Shown here one piece after another: positions 14,201-26,854 of a stretch of 64,000 nucleotides of DNA. The notes under the pieces were generated by a model, which was given only the letters and a program-made list of their open reading frames with translations, was not told the origin of the DNA and did not search any database. The stretch covers positions 37,330,401 through 37,394,400 of the forward strand of contig CM120641.1 in the NCBI GenBank assembly GCA_051362555.1. The letters are read 5' to 3'. Numbering within the stretch: the first letter of the stretch is position 1; each line of letters opens with the position of its first letter. The translations under genes were made by a program, and so were the position numbers. Source of the stretch: Lingula anatina (Eukaryota; Animalia; Brachiopoda).

Positions 14201-17200
14201 AACTCATCTAGATGAACTGTCCTAACAATTTCACTATAGCTACCTGGGAAATACACAATATATTGCATTACAGACAAAAGCACATTGTATACAAAACACC
14301 ACTTGAAAATCTAACAATAATTATTTACCCTACAGCATTTTCTTTATAATTTACTATCATATTTACAAATAAGACAAATCATAACTCGCTCAATACATCA
14401 TAAATTATAAATACCTGTGTATATCTGGGCTTTTAACATCCTGCACAGGTTTAGCCACAGGGGGTGTCTGCTGGGCCTGTACTTGGGGAGAGGCTGAATG
14501 CTGAGGCTCTGTCACTTGGGAATTTTTCTTAAACTTTGTATAACCTGATTCATTCAAAAAGTTTTGCACAGCTGTTCTCAGGAATTTGTTGGCTATAAGT
14601 TTATCTGGGGATACATCTGTCTCGTGGCAGTGTGGACATTCATGTTCCTCTGTCTCCAGGAGAGCATTACGTACACCTAGAAGCAAGAAAAGCTATAACT
14701 GATGGACGTCTCACGCTCTATATATGGCTTAATGAAATAATATCAAGAACAAAACCATTGCGATTTCAACACATAAAAGGGAGTGAATTAAATTATAGGG
14801 GATACTAATTCAAGTAATAGATACATCTAGGTTATAATGAAACGCTTTCAAATCAAAGCCTGTTAATCTGACCCTGACAGAAGGTCAAATAAGAAGGTTA
14901 ATTCAATTTCAACCAATTACAGCCTTTGCAAGTTTGTCTCCAACTCTTGGATGTATTCAATTTGATTTAAAGAAAGATTTGATTTGAGTTGCTCATTTGT
15001 TCATTTGATATTTGATATATATACATATTGCAATTACTTTACCCTTCAAAAATTTTAATTTGTAGTACGAACAACCATAGAAAGTATAAAAACCTCTTTG
15101 TGTCAAAAACTGTTTACATAAATTCAAAGCACAGACTTGTTTAAATGATCATTGTAAGAATAATGTGGATAAAGATAAATTTTGAAAATACTGCTATTGT
15201 TAAGTGCATACTGCACAAATATTATGACTACTACTTAGCTCTCAAAATATCTTATAAATCATTAAGGCCAGTTCAGTAATTTCCCCCACTTAAGTAACAT
15301 CTTTAATTCTCCACCAAAACTGCATGGAATTTCAAATCATGCTAGTCAAGATAGTCAAAATGAAGCAGGTTTGCTTATTTCCTTTCTCTTTCACTTAGAA
15401 TTTGAAGAAATGCAATAAGTAAACACAAGGGTAAAGAGGCTGTGGAGAGGGGGAAACTGATAACTGTGGTTTGGCCTCCTAACTGCTCAGTGCTCACATT
15501 CATCACAGAAGCTGTTTCCACAGCATGGTGCCACCACTGCATCAGTCAATAGATCTTTACACAGCTCACAGAGGAGTTCAGATGGAATGTGACGGGACTC
15601 TCGCTTCCTCTCTGGAGAATCTGGTGCAAATGGAGGTTTTTCACGTTTTCCAATGGCAAATGCTTCTCTGTAGAATAACAAAATGTATGCCCTTACCTTT
15701 ATTATATAGTAAACTAGTTTACAATGAATGTCACATTTAGATCTTGCATTAATAAAAATAATAATAAATTTTTTCCTCTTAATTTTTCATTCCAGCATTA
15801 TTATATTTTCTCCCATGTACACAATCCAAAAAGATTGTGACACTGACAACTAATAGAACAATCAGAGTTTACATCCTTTCAGTACACTGAAAAACAGTTC
15901 TTATAAAAGATACTAAGAAATTGTCCTCACTTGTCAATTGTCGGCACTACATAATGTCCAGTATGGGTCAACAAGGCTCCAGTTTGGTCTCCATCCTCTA
16001 CTCTGGTAAGAAAGCTAATTGGTATCCCTGTTGGTCTTTTCAAGCGAACCTCTACTGGAGGGAGATTTGGGTCCTGAATATACGTTTTCAGTTAATTTCT
16101 TCTAATACAGAATATTTTCCCTTTGTGTACTTGCAAAATACATTTAAAAAATAGAATATATTTTTTGTTGTTTGTAATAACTTATGGAGAAGTGTCACTT
16201 ATTGCATGTGTGCAAATGGAATCACAACGACAACCCCTCTTCCTGCAGACTGAATTGCATAATGAAACTTACATTTTTGTTTGGGCACTCATGTATATAA
16301 TGACCAGCTTGATTACATCTTCTACACCTATAAAACGCTGGAGGGGGACCTGTTGGTAAATTTGGCTTCACATACCTATCAAATAAGGAAAAAAATTAAT
16401 TTATTGGACCAATTAATTATAACATCCTTATTTCCAATAATCTTTGAAATAAATAAATGTATATAAATAATTTTTTTCAATCCCAAAATCAAACTTCTTT
16501 AAAGTAAAATTCAACAAATTTCCTGGCTTTGGAATATTTCTGGATGACTTCTTATAAAATTGTTTGAGAAATATTATTCCCCATTTCTAAAATAAACGTC
16601 TTTTAAGCCCAAGTGGGTCATACTTGGAAGAATCATATTCCATAGTGGACTGTGACATCATGGCCTTCACCTTGTCCTCTTCTGATGCATGGGCTGTGTG
16701 TAAATCAGCAGTCTAGAAATAAAGTATGAAATTGCAATGCTACAACTGTCGTTTCTTCTTCACTGTCACCAGATTAATTCATTTTATTGCATTACTTTCT
16801 CTACTGCATTATTTCTTTGTCATACTACAGTGTTACTTTCAAGCAGTATTATACCCCTGTATTTATTCTTCCCTTTCTATGGGGGAAGGAGGTGGTGGGG
16901 CATGTCACTTGGCACCCACCTTTTATAATGTCATAGGTTTTCCTTTGATCAGAATCATACAGACAATTTTTGTTTTGTAAGTAAACATTTTCCACACATT
17001 TATTTGGCTTTATTATTATTTGAGATTTAATACAAGCCAAGCTGTGGTTATCATCTTTTAAGATAAGTTCACATTATAGACATGTTTATGTTATAATGTT
17101 AACACTTTCAAATCAAAGTCCATTAACCTGACCCTGACAGGAAAAAAATAAAGTTAATTCAATTATAACCATGTATGTTTGTCTCCCACTCTTGGATTTA

Positions 17201-20200
17201 AAATAGAAGAAAGACAGAGACACAGTGTGACATTTTGCATTTTAACTTGTTACCTTAAGGATTAAAATAACAGATAGGTCAAAAATGTAAGTTCAAGGTC
17301 AAATCTTTTCTGATTAGAAACCCTAGAAAACACAAGTTTTATCTATGAACACATACCATGGAAACATAAAAGGGGTTTAGTATTTCAGTTACTCAAGAAT
17401 TTAATACAACGACACAAAGACCAACTGTTTAGACACAGTAAGTTCATACAAGGTATTTATGATTGTTGACAGACAACCATCAGAAGCGTAGAAAAGCATA
17501 TCCATATGAAGAATAAAAAGGACAGTGGGATGAGGGTCCATATTCTTCCTGGAAGAGAAATGGATCATCAGACAGCAGTGAAACTGATCCATATCCAATT
17601 ATAGAAGAGTTAAAAGATGATTTGTGTAGGAATAAATGATTCAGAAAAAGATTTCAAGGGCAGACAAAGACATACAACACATCCTCATTAAAAAAAAGTC
17701 ATAGTTGTATGAAAAGCAGTTAGGTTGCATCTCACATAAAAGCCAGTGCCTCCTTGAAATCCAATTGAGCTGACACTTGTATCCCCCAAAAGAAAAGAAA
17801 GGACGACCAGTAAATGGAGAACAGAGTCAAATACTGTTGATACATTTTAAACAGTGCTCTGTCAAATTGATCTTTAAGTAGGGTAAAACTTTTTTTAACC
17901 AGTGTCCCAACTTGTGCAGACAAGTTCTTTATTTTGGATCTAGAAGTACTGCCAGTCTGAATATCTGCAAAAATTAGATTAACCATACTTTTGGGAAAAT
18001 AAATTGAAAGACAAACGTAAAACCTAAATCCTGTAGTATTTTTCAAAATTGCCTTGAGAGGCTTGGGTGGTCTGCATAAACAACACATTTATTAACAATT
18101 GATGGTAGAGACACCATATTCACTTTCAAGAAGCTTGGATATTATTTTTAAGGCCAAATTGACAAAAGGGGATAAAAGGAATAAAGAGGAGCAAATATAT
18201 AATTCATACAGCTCAAATTTACAATATACCCATTATTAAAAACTTGGAAAGTATTGACCTACTGTTATTCAAATATGAAGAGGCAGATATTTTCCATCCA
18301 TAAGTTCAAAAAAATTGTAAGAAGGAAATATTTTCAAACTTGCAGAACTATGTTAATATTAGTAACAGTACAAATTTTGAAAAAAAAAAAAAAAAAAGGC
18401 TGGTTATTATTATCTAAACAAGACATTTAAATCCAACCTGGATCATAGTAAGGGTAATTTTAATAACAAAAAGCTGGGATAAACAATCAAATGATACAGA
18501 AGTTGTGACAAGGGTTAGCACACATGCATAATAATTATGATATTATGAAAATCATGCTATAATGTTTGTGTACATTTTATCAATAGACAATAGAGAATCG
18601 ATTTAAAAATTGACAATTCTGAGCAAGGAAGGTCAAAGTGGATGAAGAAAAATTGTAGCAAATCGGTCAGTTGGAATAATTGACCACTTTATTATCGTTC
18701 ATCTCAACATTAGCAATATTTATGTCACAGTACTTGACTAAAAGATACTTTTTAAAAAGTGAAACAAAAGCATTATGTACCTGCTTCAACTTCTCAAGGG
18801 TCATTGGTTGCAGATCACTCTGTTAAAAAAGACAAAAAACAAAGCATTTAACATTTAAAATCATGTCAGTAGCTGTCTCAGTGACATCTTCTGTTTCCTT
18901 CGATTCCCTTTAGCTATCAACCATTACATTTCAATATGTGAACCACCTTCAGATTATGCCTGCAAATAAATTATTTCTCCCCTGTTATCTTCTGTGGGTG
19001 CCAGGGTCAAACAATAAGATTGCAACAGCCAAATGCTACTTCACTCACTCTCACATTATTTGTAATTTAAGGCTTCGTTCACATGCAATTTTTATTTTCT
19101 AAATTCTATTTTCTATTTGCGGTATGTCTTTTGATCACGGTCTGTGGCCTGAATATCCCGCGGCGTAATTACTGGCAGCGCGAGCCAGTTACTATAAGTT
19201 ACTATAAGTAACTGGCTCGCGCTGCCAGTAATTACGCGGCGGGATATTCAGGGCACAGACCGTGATCATAAGATAGCGCAAATAGAAAATAGAAATTAGA
19301 AAATAGACATTGCATGTGAACAAAGCCTAAATCTATTATTGTCTCAATAATTGACTTTTCTTCCATTTCATATAATCAGTATAACTTTTTCTCAAAATAG
19401 ACAATTTTCAAAATTACAAGCAGAATAAATTTAATCCCAGAAACATCAACTTCCCCTTTACTTTCATGGAAATTGGTAGATTTTTCAGTTTGTACAGTAA
19501 ATTAAATAACTATTGTATAAACTACTCATCTGGCTTTCAAATTTGGATTGAATTTCCTTTCTTTTCTTTTGACAAAACACTTGGTTAAATTGATTATCAA
19601 CATAAAGTATACTTCATTTGGTCTTTCTGATTATAACACCAGTCACAAAATGATGAGTTATTAAGCAGTTTACAGCTAATAATGAGCTAGGTTAAGTTAA
19701 ATGGGACACACAAAATCATTCAATCTGGGCTGATGCAATCCCCATGTCTGACACAAGACAAAAGGAACAACAGTCAACCATACTGTAACAACTTTATTGA
19801 TTGTTCAAATCATGAACTCACAAAAATGGCATTTATATCAACAAGAAAAATAGGTCTGTTAAAAATATAGTATTTTTTCACTTTGTAAAAAGTGTAAAGG
19901 CATTAACAACATCAACAGAATGTTGACTGTATCAAAATAACATATAAAAATATGAAATTTAAGACAATATAAAAAAAACAATTAAAAATCTTAAAACAAA
20001 ACAATTAATGACTACAAACAATACTATATCCAAATATCCCAACAAAGTCTTCTCAAATGACATTCTCCATATGCATTGTCTTTAATTACTTGTCATAGAA
20101 CTGTTTCTAAATAAACACCAACCATCCCCTGAGTTTTACTGATTCAAATTGTACAATGACAATTATTTCTGATTTTTTAAAATTAAAATTAGCACTGTAC

Positions 20201-22411
20201 AAACAGGTCATTAACTATTGTAGCATCCTGGAGCTCAAAACTGCAAGTAACACATGCAGTTCTTTCTTTCCAAGATTGCAATCTGTTTCAAATGGTAATG
20301 ACCACCAACCATTCCTTTAATAAAGTACCCAATTCCCATAAAACAACAAAATGCGCATATCATAAACAGTATAACTTAAAACCAATATAAGTCAAACTTT
20401 TGTTTTGAGCATCAAATGTCCATTATCAACGGAACACCTCAGATATTCTCGCTTAACATGTTTGCAAAACATGGATGATTTACTGTACACGAAATGAGAA
20501 AGAGTCATGCACTGTTCACATTATAAACATATTCATCTCATTTTGACCTTAAAATCTTCACTTCTAAAAATAAAATAAAGTCATTTCTCATTGTAACTCT
20601 AAGAGCTTTCAAGGTTAGTTTTGTGATCCATAAACTGAACTTTTTTACAATCATGTTACAACATTATATTCTAGTAGAGCACATATAAACTATCTTACTA
20701 TTAATAAAGCAATCAGTTTTGAATTTACCAAAGAAAATCCATTGACACCACTGTTAAATTCTAATTCTCTTACAGACACCTGAAAGCAACTGTTGTGTAA
20801 AATGCCATCACAAATATACATTTCTTTGGGTAGCATTTATTTCTATATGTATTAGCATCTCACTGAACATGGACTTTTGTCTTTTGTCTACATAAGATAC
20901 TCAAGGCATATATGAAACTTAACTTTTTGAAACAGCCTGAAACCTTAACATACAACAGCTATGATATAACTATGATATAACACTTATACTCCTTAAATGA
21001 TATTTCATGAGCAAGATCATTTGTGAAATATGAATTCAGACCATAGGAGGAAAGACAGTGCAAACAAGATGTTGATGTACGCATGTCATACACACCAAAC
21101 CGCCCATCTCTGTGCAAACAAACCCGGGCGGACGGAGCTCCTTATGCTATCACTAGTTCTACTTACGATACAAGGATGAAAAAATTGATCAAAATTTGAT
21201 ATGTTGTTACATACTGCCTTAGGACCGTTGGACTCTGGACGCGGTAGATTTTGATGTTGCTGTTCCCTAAAAGATTAATTTGAATGAATATCATTACATG
21301 AATAACATCACTGTATCCATACTTAATATTCAATTATGCCCATTTATGCCCAGTTACTGTGCCAATTCCAACATCAGTGTTAAAATTTTAGCCAAGTTGA
21401 TAATTGATGAAATGAATATCTCTTTTTATTTTAGAAAGTGTGAAAATTAAATGTGAAACTTTGATTACTTTTTTCAAAACTTACCATGGTTTTGGTTGTT
21501 TACTTATAGGGATGCGCGCAACCAAGACCGATGTATTCTTTGGAATGAGTTCTTCATCGTTCATATACTCTGAAGGATAAAATAAAACTTTAAGTACCAA
21601 CTTTAATGAACGACTCACAGCACAAAATTTAAAATGGTTTCCACTAGTTTAACAATAACATCCAGAACTCATCGAATTACCAACAGCATTCAATAGTATT
21701 TATTGATGTTAGGAATTAAAATGGAATTCACTTCTTAATTTTTCCTGAAGTTTAGACACTGAAGGTACATCCTACAGAAAACATAGCAGTATGATCCTAG
21801 AAAGGTGAATTGTGATGCCCAAAGGTGAACTTAAAACTTCTAAGTATATCATCAAACAAATTACATTATCCAAAGGGTTTTGGCCAAAAAGCCATGACCA
21901 TATATTTTCAGTTATAAATGCATGTCAACTGTGGGCAGAATGGTCAATAGCATAGTTTTTCGTAAGGTATACAGAACTCTTTTGTTGTAAGATTGGGTAA
22001 GTATTTTTAGACTTTTTCATCATGAGCATTTGTTGACCAATTTTGACACATATTTAGAGATATCTCATTTTTGCTAAGTTTTAGACAAAATTAACAGACA
22101 GGGTACACTTTGAAGTGTTATTATCATGATGCATAGGCACAGTTATTCTTCACCAAAAATTAAAAGCAAACAAAATCCATAAGGATGTGCAAAATGGTGA
22201 AATTAGAATTTATTTTGAACAGATGAAACCGAGATTCACCTTCTTGGGTCTGTGCATTGATGATCTGGAACCGGAAATTGTCCATGCTTTTCTGAAGCTT
22301 CTTCTGTTGGATGATGGCCTTTTTGAGATCCCCCAGGGATATATGCAGCCCATCAAATGTGATTGTTTCATGGTTGCGGCTGCTCTTAAACTTGAAATAC
22401 ACATGAGACAT
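8227..22411 (-). CDS. RBBP6: E3 ubiquitin ligase / cleavage-polyadenylation factor RBBP6 (Mpe1 homologue)
   Basis: DWNN domain MSHVYFKFKSS...TFDGLHISLGDLKK (exons 22411-22240, 21569-21485, 21266-21215). Then a 39-nt exon 18819-18781, ASEEDKVKAMMSQS (16712-16624), zinc knuckle CRRCNQAGHYIHEC (16375-16273), RING CELCKDLLTDAVVAPCCGNSFCDEC...CPHC (15668-15498 and ~14677-14416), Pro-rich exons, an RS domain (~10460-10975) and a Lys/Glu-rich tail to the stop at 8227. Confidence 0.96.
14830..14952. repeat. Intronic dispersed repeat in RBBP6, copy A
   Basis: Shares GTTATAATG, CTTTCAAATCAAAG, CTGACCCTGACAG, GTTAATTCAATT and GTTTGTCTCCaACTCTTGGAT with ~17090-17197. Confidence 0.75.
17090..17197. repeat. 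Intronic dispersed repeat in RBBP6, copy B
   Basis: Colinear homologue of 14830-14952 in the same orientation. Confidence 0.75.
19071..19327. mobile_element. Fold-back MITE, PIF/Harbinger-like, copy 1 (RBBP6 intron 3)
   Basis: 257-bp near-perfect palindrome GGCTTCGTTCACATGCAAT...ATTGCATGTGAACAAAGCC, flanked by TAA on both sides (3-bp TWA TSD). Confidence 0.88.
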
Positions 22412-23069
22412 CTTGACAACTTCAGCTGGAAAGGCCCTTTGAACTTTTCTAATAGGCTTTTGCCAAATAACTCATCAATTTTGGTCTGAAAATCAAATGA
22501 CCTTGAAAACCACTATCACTATCAGTATCAATCACAACACAGGAATATTTTCAAATATGTATTTGAAACCCATATATTCCATTATTAAATGATGTATTTG
22601 TGTTAAGTTGCATGCAATTCAGGAACGTAAACCATTGCAATCTGACAAGTAGTCACTGTTATTTGTAAGGTGTTTTCCTTTCTTCAGTCAAACATTAAGA
22701 CCTTGAAAACTGCCAAGTCATTGTTTTTTTGAATACGGGTACATGAAAAATCTGCATAAAATTGTGTGTCATATCACGACAGTAATGTTTCTATAAAATA
22801 AGTCCATCCAACTATATCAGTTCAGTTCTGTTACGAATAAATTCTCCTTTCCTTTGTCTAGAACGTATCAAACATCTTTTTCTTCACGCTTTGTCATAAA
22901 TTTCAAACACATGGTTTGAGAAAGTTCTGAATAAATGGGTCCTTGATGCAACTCAGGTAATACTCCTATGTTCTTGAACACTGCGTCTTCTTAAAAAATC
23001 TTCTCTGAGTCTCTAAAAATGAATTCTTGCCTTACTGAATCTTTAATAATACAGGACACGCAGACGCCC

Positions 23070-23205
23070 TGAGAACTCAGCTAACATGGCCGCCTTAAAG
23101 GTGGGGATTCCCGGATGTTCACAAGGAAGTATCGTAAAATCCCGCAAATTTTCGCAGTGACGTCACATTTTCACTATGGCGCTGCGATGAATGGAGTTCA
23201 AGAAG
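23070..23205. promoter_or_regulatory. Candidate bidirectional promoter between RBBP6 (-) and HELZ (+)
   Basis: Local CpG enrichment with YY1-like AACATGGCCGCC (~23083), ETS-like CCGGATGT (23111) and AGGAAGT, a perfect CRE palindrome GTGACGTCAC (23157-23166) and a splice donor AAG|GTACGT at 23205. Confidence 0.7.
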
Positions 23206-24070
23206 GTACGTATAACTGTTTTGATGATTTATTCCTTATATTGTTTTCCATAGTGGTTATTTTTTATCATATATTTGTCAGAACATATGTATATCGTCAC
23301 TCCATTTAATCTTATGCCAATACATGAAACTCGTATGCCGAGAATATTTCACTTGTTTACATTTTAGTAATTGCTACCACATTACTTTCACTATAAAAGA
23401 ACAAAAAGTTTTTTTCTCGATAAATGTGGATACAGATGTTTTCATTTCGTGAAATATGAACAGTCAACAAAAAACCTGCTTTGGTAAAGAAGAAGTATTG
23501 GCATATGTGCATAAGCAAAACCAAAAAGAAAAAAACTATGTATAAACACATGACATTCAATGAGTAATATTGTTTTTTTTTTTTCAAGTGGAAAATCAAG
23601 ATCTGTGAGATGTCACATTTCACAGTAACTGTCTTGGCAATTAGGTTACAATCTAAAAGGGCATGTCAGGACATTTGTTTTAATTTCCTCGAACATGACA
23701 GGGTTATGAGTTAAATGTAAAATGTTGTCCAGTCAGGCACAACAAGTTGAATTAAGGAATGATTCATCCAGAAATATCTCATTGACAATATTCTGTGATA
23801 TGAAATATTTCTGGTTATATTAAGGTGTTCCTTTGTGAATGGAACTATATGTTATAGCTATTTTTGTTTTCTAGTAAATAAGTGTGATATTTTACTTAAT
23901 GAATCAAATAAAATTGAGGTGTTATCTATATATGTTTGTCAGCTAATGATAACATGATCTCAGAGAGCAAACATAACATACAGTTTTAAACTGTATTTCA
24001 GGATACTGGATTGTTGGAAGTTGAGGTGGGATGACAGGCTGCCTCTCATCCCCAGAATGTAACACTGCTT

Positions 24071-26769
24071 ATGGCTACTAAAAGTTTAGAAACAAGGGCC
24101 AGTGAGTGCTTCCAAAAGGGCCAATATGATGAAGCCATTAAACACTATACCTTGTGTTTATCTAGTGTATCCCAGACTGCATCTAAAGATACAAAAGCCA
24201 CGCTGCTTTTCAATAGATCATCTTGTTATCTGAAACAGGTAAGGGATAGGTGATTCATTTTTTACAATAGGGAAGTTTTGCATATGCCAAAGTGCAAAAA
24301 GCCTTGTTTTTACTTTTAAGTGGGGTTTAGCTTACCTTACAAAGTTTGAGTACAAAAAACTCAGACATTGCATGTGTTATATATGTCCATAAAGATGGCA
24401 TGAGCGGTGACTGGTGGCATGGGTGAAAAAAATGTGCTCAGTTGACACATAAAACTATGTTGTCAGTTGCCCCAAAAATGTTTAATGGATATGAAGTCTG
24501 TTTGTCCTTGATGTTTTTAAGGATGATTTTTCAAAATATTTGTAAGCTGGAATAACAAACTGAATTAAATGATTGGTAATGGTGAGCAGAAAGTGATGAT
24601 GTGGTTCACAATTGCTGCCTATCATTTTGACAAACAGAATCTTATTTTGTCAATATGGTGTATTTTCTTAATCCAGCGTGGAGCTGACATGATTTTCTTG
24701 CACAGCACAGTAAAATACTAGTAATCAACAAGTTGTTTTTAAATACAAACGCTGCAAAAAGTATTTTTGTTTTACTTTAAATTTACCGAGTGGAAAATTG
24801 GCATGTTCGGTTTACATTTACAGTAATTCTTCTTTCCTTTTTTTTTTTTTTTTTTTTTTCACACAGCATTTTCAGTGGCTTTTATATCCCATGTAACTGA
24901 ATCACTTGCTAGTTTTTCAATGTCTATGTTACCTGTAGTTCATAATGTAAGAGGATAAGAGTGATTTTGCTGTTTTAAAGCTTTATCTAACAATGCATCA
25001 AAATTGGCCAAAATATTATTTTGTACACTTTTTTCTGCATAATGTCTAAACATTTGTCAGCTTAGCTGTCTTGTTTCCTGTAAGGTGTTTGTATATTTGC
25101 CAGCTTTGCTGTCTAGTTAATATTAAGTCTTTAAAATCAAGATGTGCTGTAGACATTAAGTTTTTTTTTTTTTTATAAAGCATTATGCAAATCATTAGTA
25201 ATTGTTAAATCTGTGTGAGTACTGAAATATGTTTGTTGTTGAGTCTGTTTGTTTTTTAGTAATTCTTTATCTTTTTCAGAAACTTTTTGAGAATGTTGTA
25301 GAAGATTGTTCAACAAGTAAGTCAGTGATCGATGAAATGTAAAGTGGTTTCAGGGAATAGCCATAAAACAATTCTGAAGTGTACTGGTATGACTAGTAGG
25401 CGTAATGTACTCAGTCTCCACTAGTCTGTTATCAAGTATTGATTTTTGATTAAGAAGCCATGGTATTTTTGTAGGATAAAAAACCTGTCTCTTTGTGCTT
25501 AGAATTAACAACAACAACAACAAAAAAAAGATCAGAGGCCTTCAATATTTTTTCAAGATTCATTGTTTTTATTATATTATTTGAGGAGAAAAGGATATAT
25601 CAGTCCCAAATAAAAGTGAAAATGAAAATCCATTAAAAATGAAGAAAGTTTTTTATGTGCTGTAGTTTATATCTTGGCAAAGTTCTATAGCAAGAAAAAT
25701 TTACTTCAAAATTCAATCTAGGCAAAATTTGGTCAGTGTTTGGTCGAACATTTGAAGAATTTTTGTGAAAAGAATCAACTTGCAGTGGTCTTTTGTGCCT
25801 TGAGAACACCAGATTTTGGAAAGGAACTAAAAGTATAATTTTTTGTTTTTATCATCTCTGGTCTTGTTTATATTGAGAAATGATCTTCAACTTTACCTCA
25901 AATGAGATATGTGCATATATAACTGAGGAAAACATGTCCTAAAAATTAATCTCCCGTTACCTGCCATGACCTTGACAACACTATTTTTATATCAAAGTAC
26001 TAATACATCTTGGAAGAGAAGCCAATGGGAGAAGCTTTTATTTAGGGCCTCAATCAATATATTTAGTCATGTTATTGACCACAGAGATCTTCTTGTATTG
26101 TTGACAGGAATTGACAGTTAAAGGGAGAATCAATAATGTAAATATTTCATAAATGAAGCAAGTGTTTGCTGCATTCAATATTACAATCAAAATATAGCAT
26201 ACATGACTGCATTGCAGTTCTTGAAATATGGCTTAGAAAACTGTTGATTGAAGTGTTTATGATGTACTTGTTGCCCAACAAAAAGGGATGCAGATTTTAA
26301 ACTATAAACCACATGGGAATGTCTGGCCATGTGGATAGTTTTACTTTTTGAAAAACAAACCAATTGTCCTGGTTATTTTTCAGTTCTAAAATTTGACACG
26401 AAGAATACTAGGGCTTATGCCAGAAAAATTAAGGCATTGTGCAATGGATTAGGAAGGTTTTCAGAAGCACATCAGACAGCAAAACGGTGGTATGCAGCTG
26501 ACTCTCAGGTGAGAAAGCTATTCAGTTCATAAATGTTAATGAGAAGCTTGTCAGACAAGTATGTTGTGAAGTAGATATGTAAAAATACCATTTTATAGAA
26601 GTAAGTAGAAAAAGAAGGTGGAAAAAATGAAGTTCCCCCCCCCCCCAAGGAAAAAAAAATAAAATTGGCAACTTTCTTCATTTGATAATTTTTACGTAAA
26701 GAGGCTAGAACACCCCCTTTCAGTGTCCTGCTTCTTGCATCCATTGTTATATATTATTACCTACACCCA

Positions 26770-26854
<85 letters not shown>

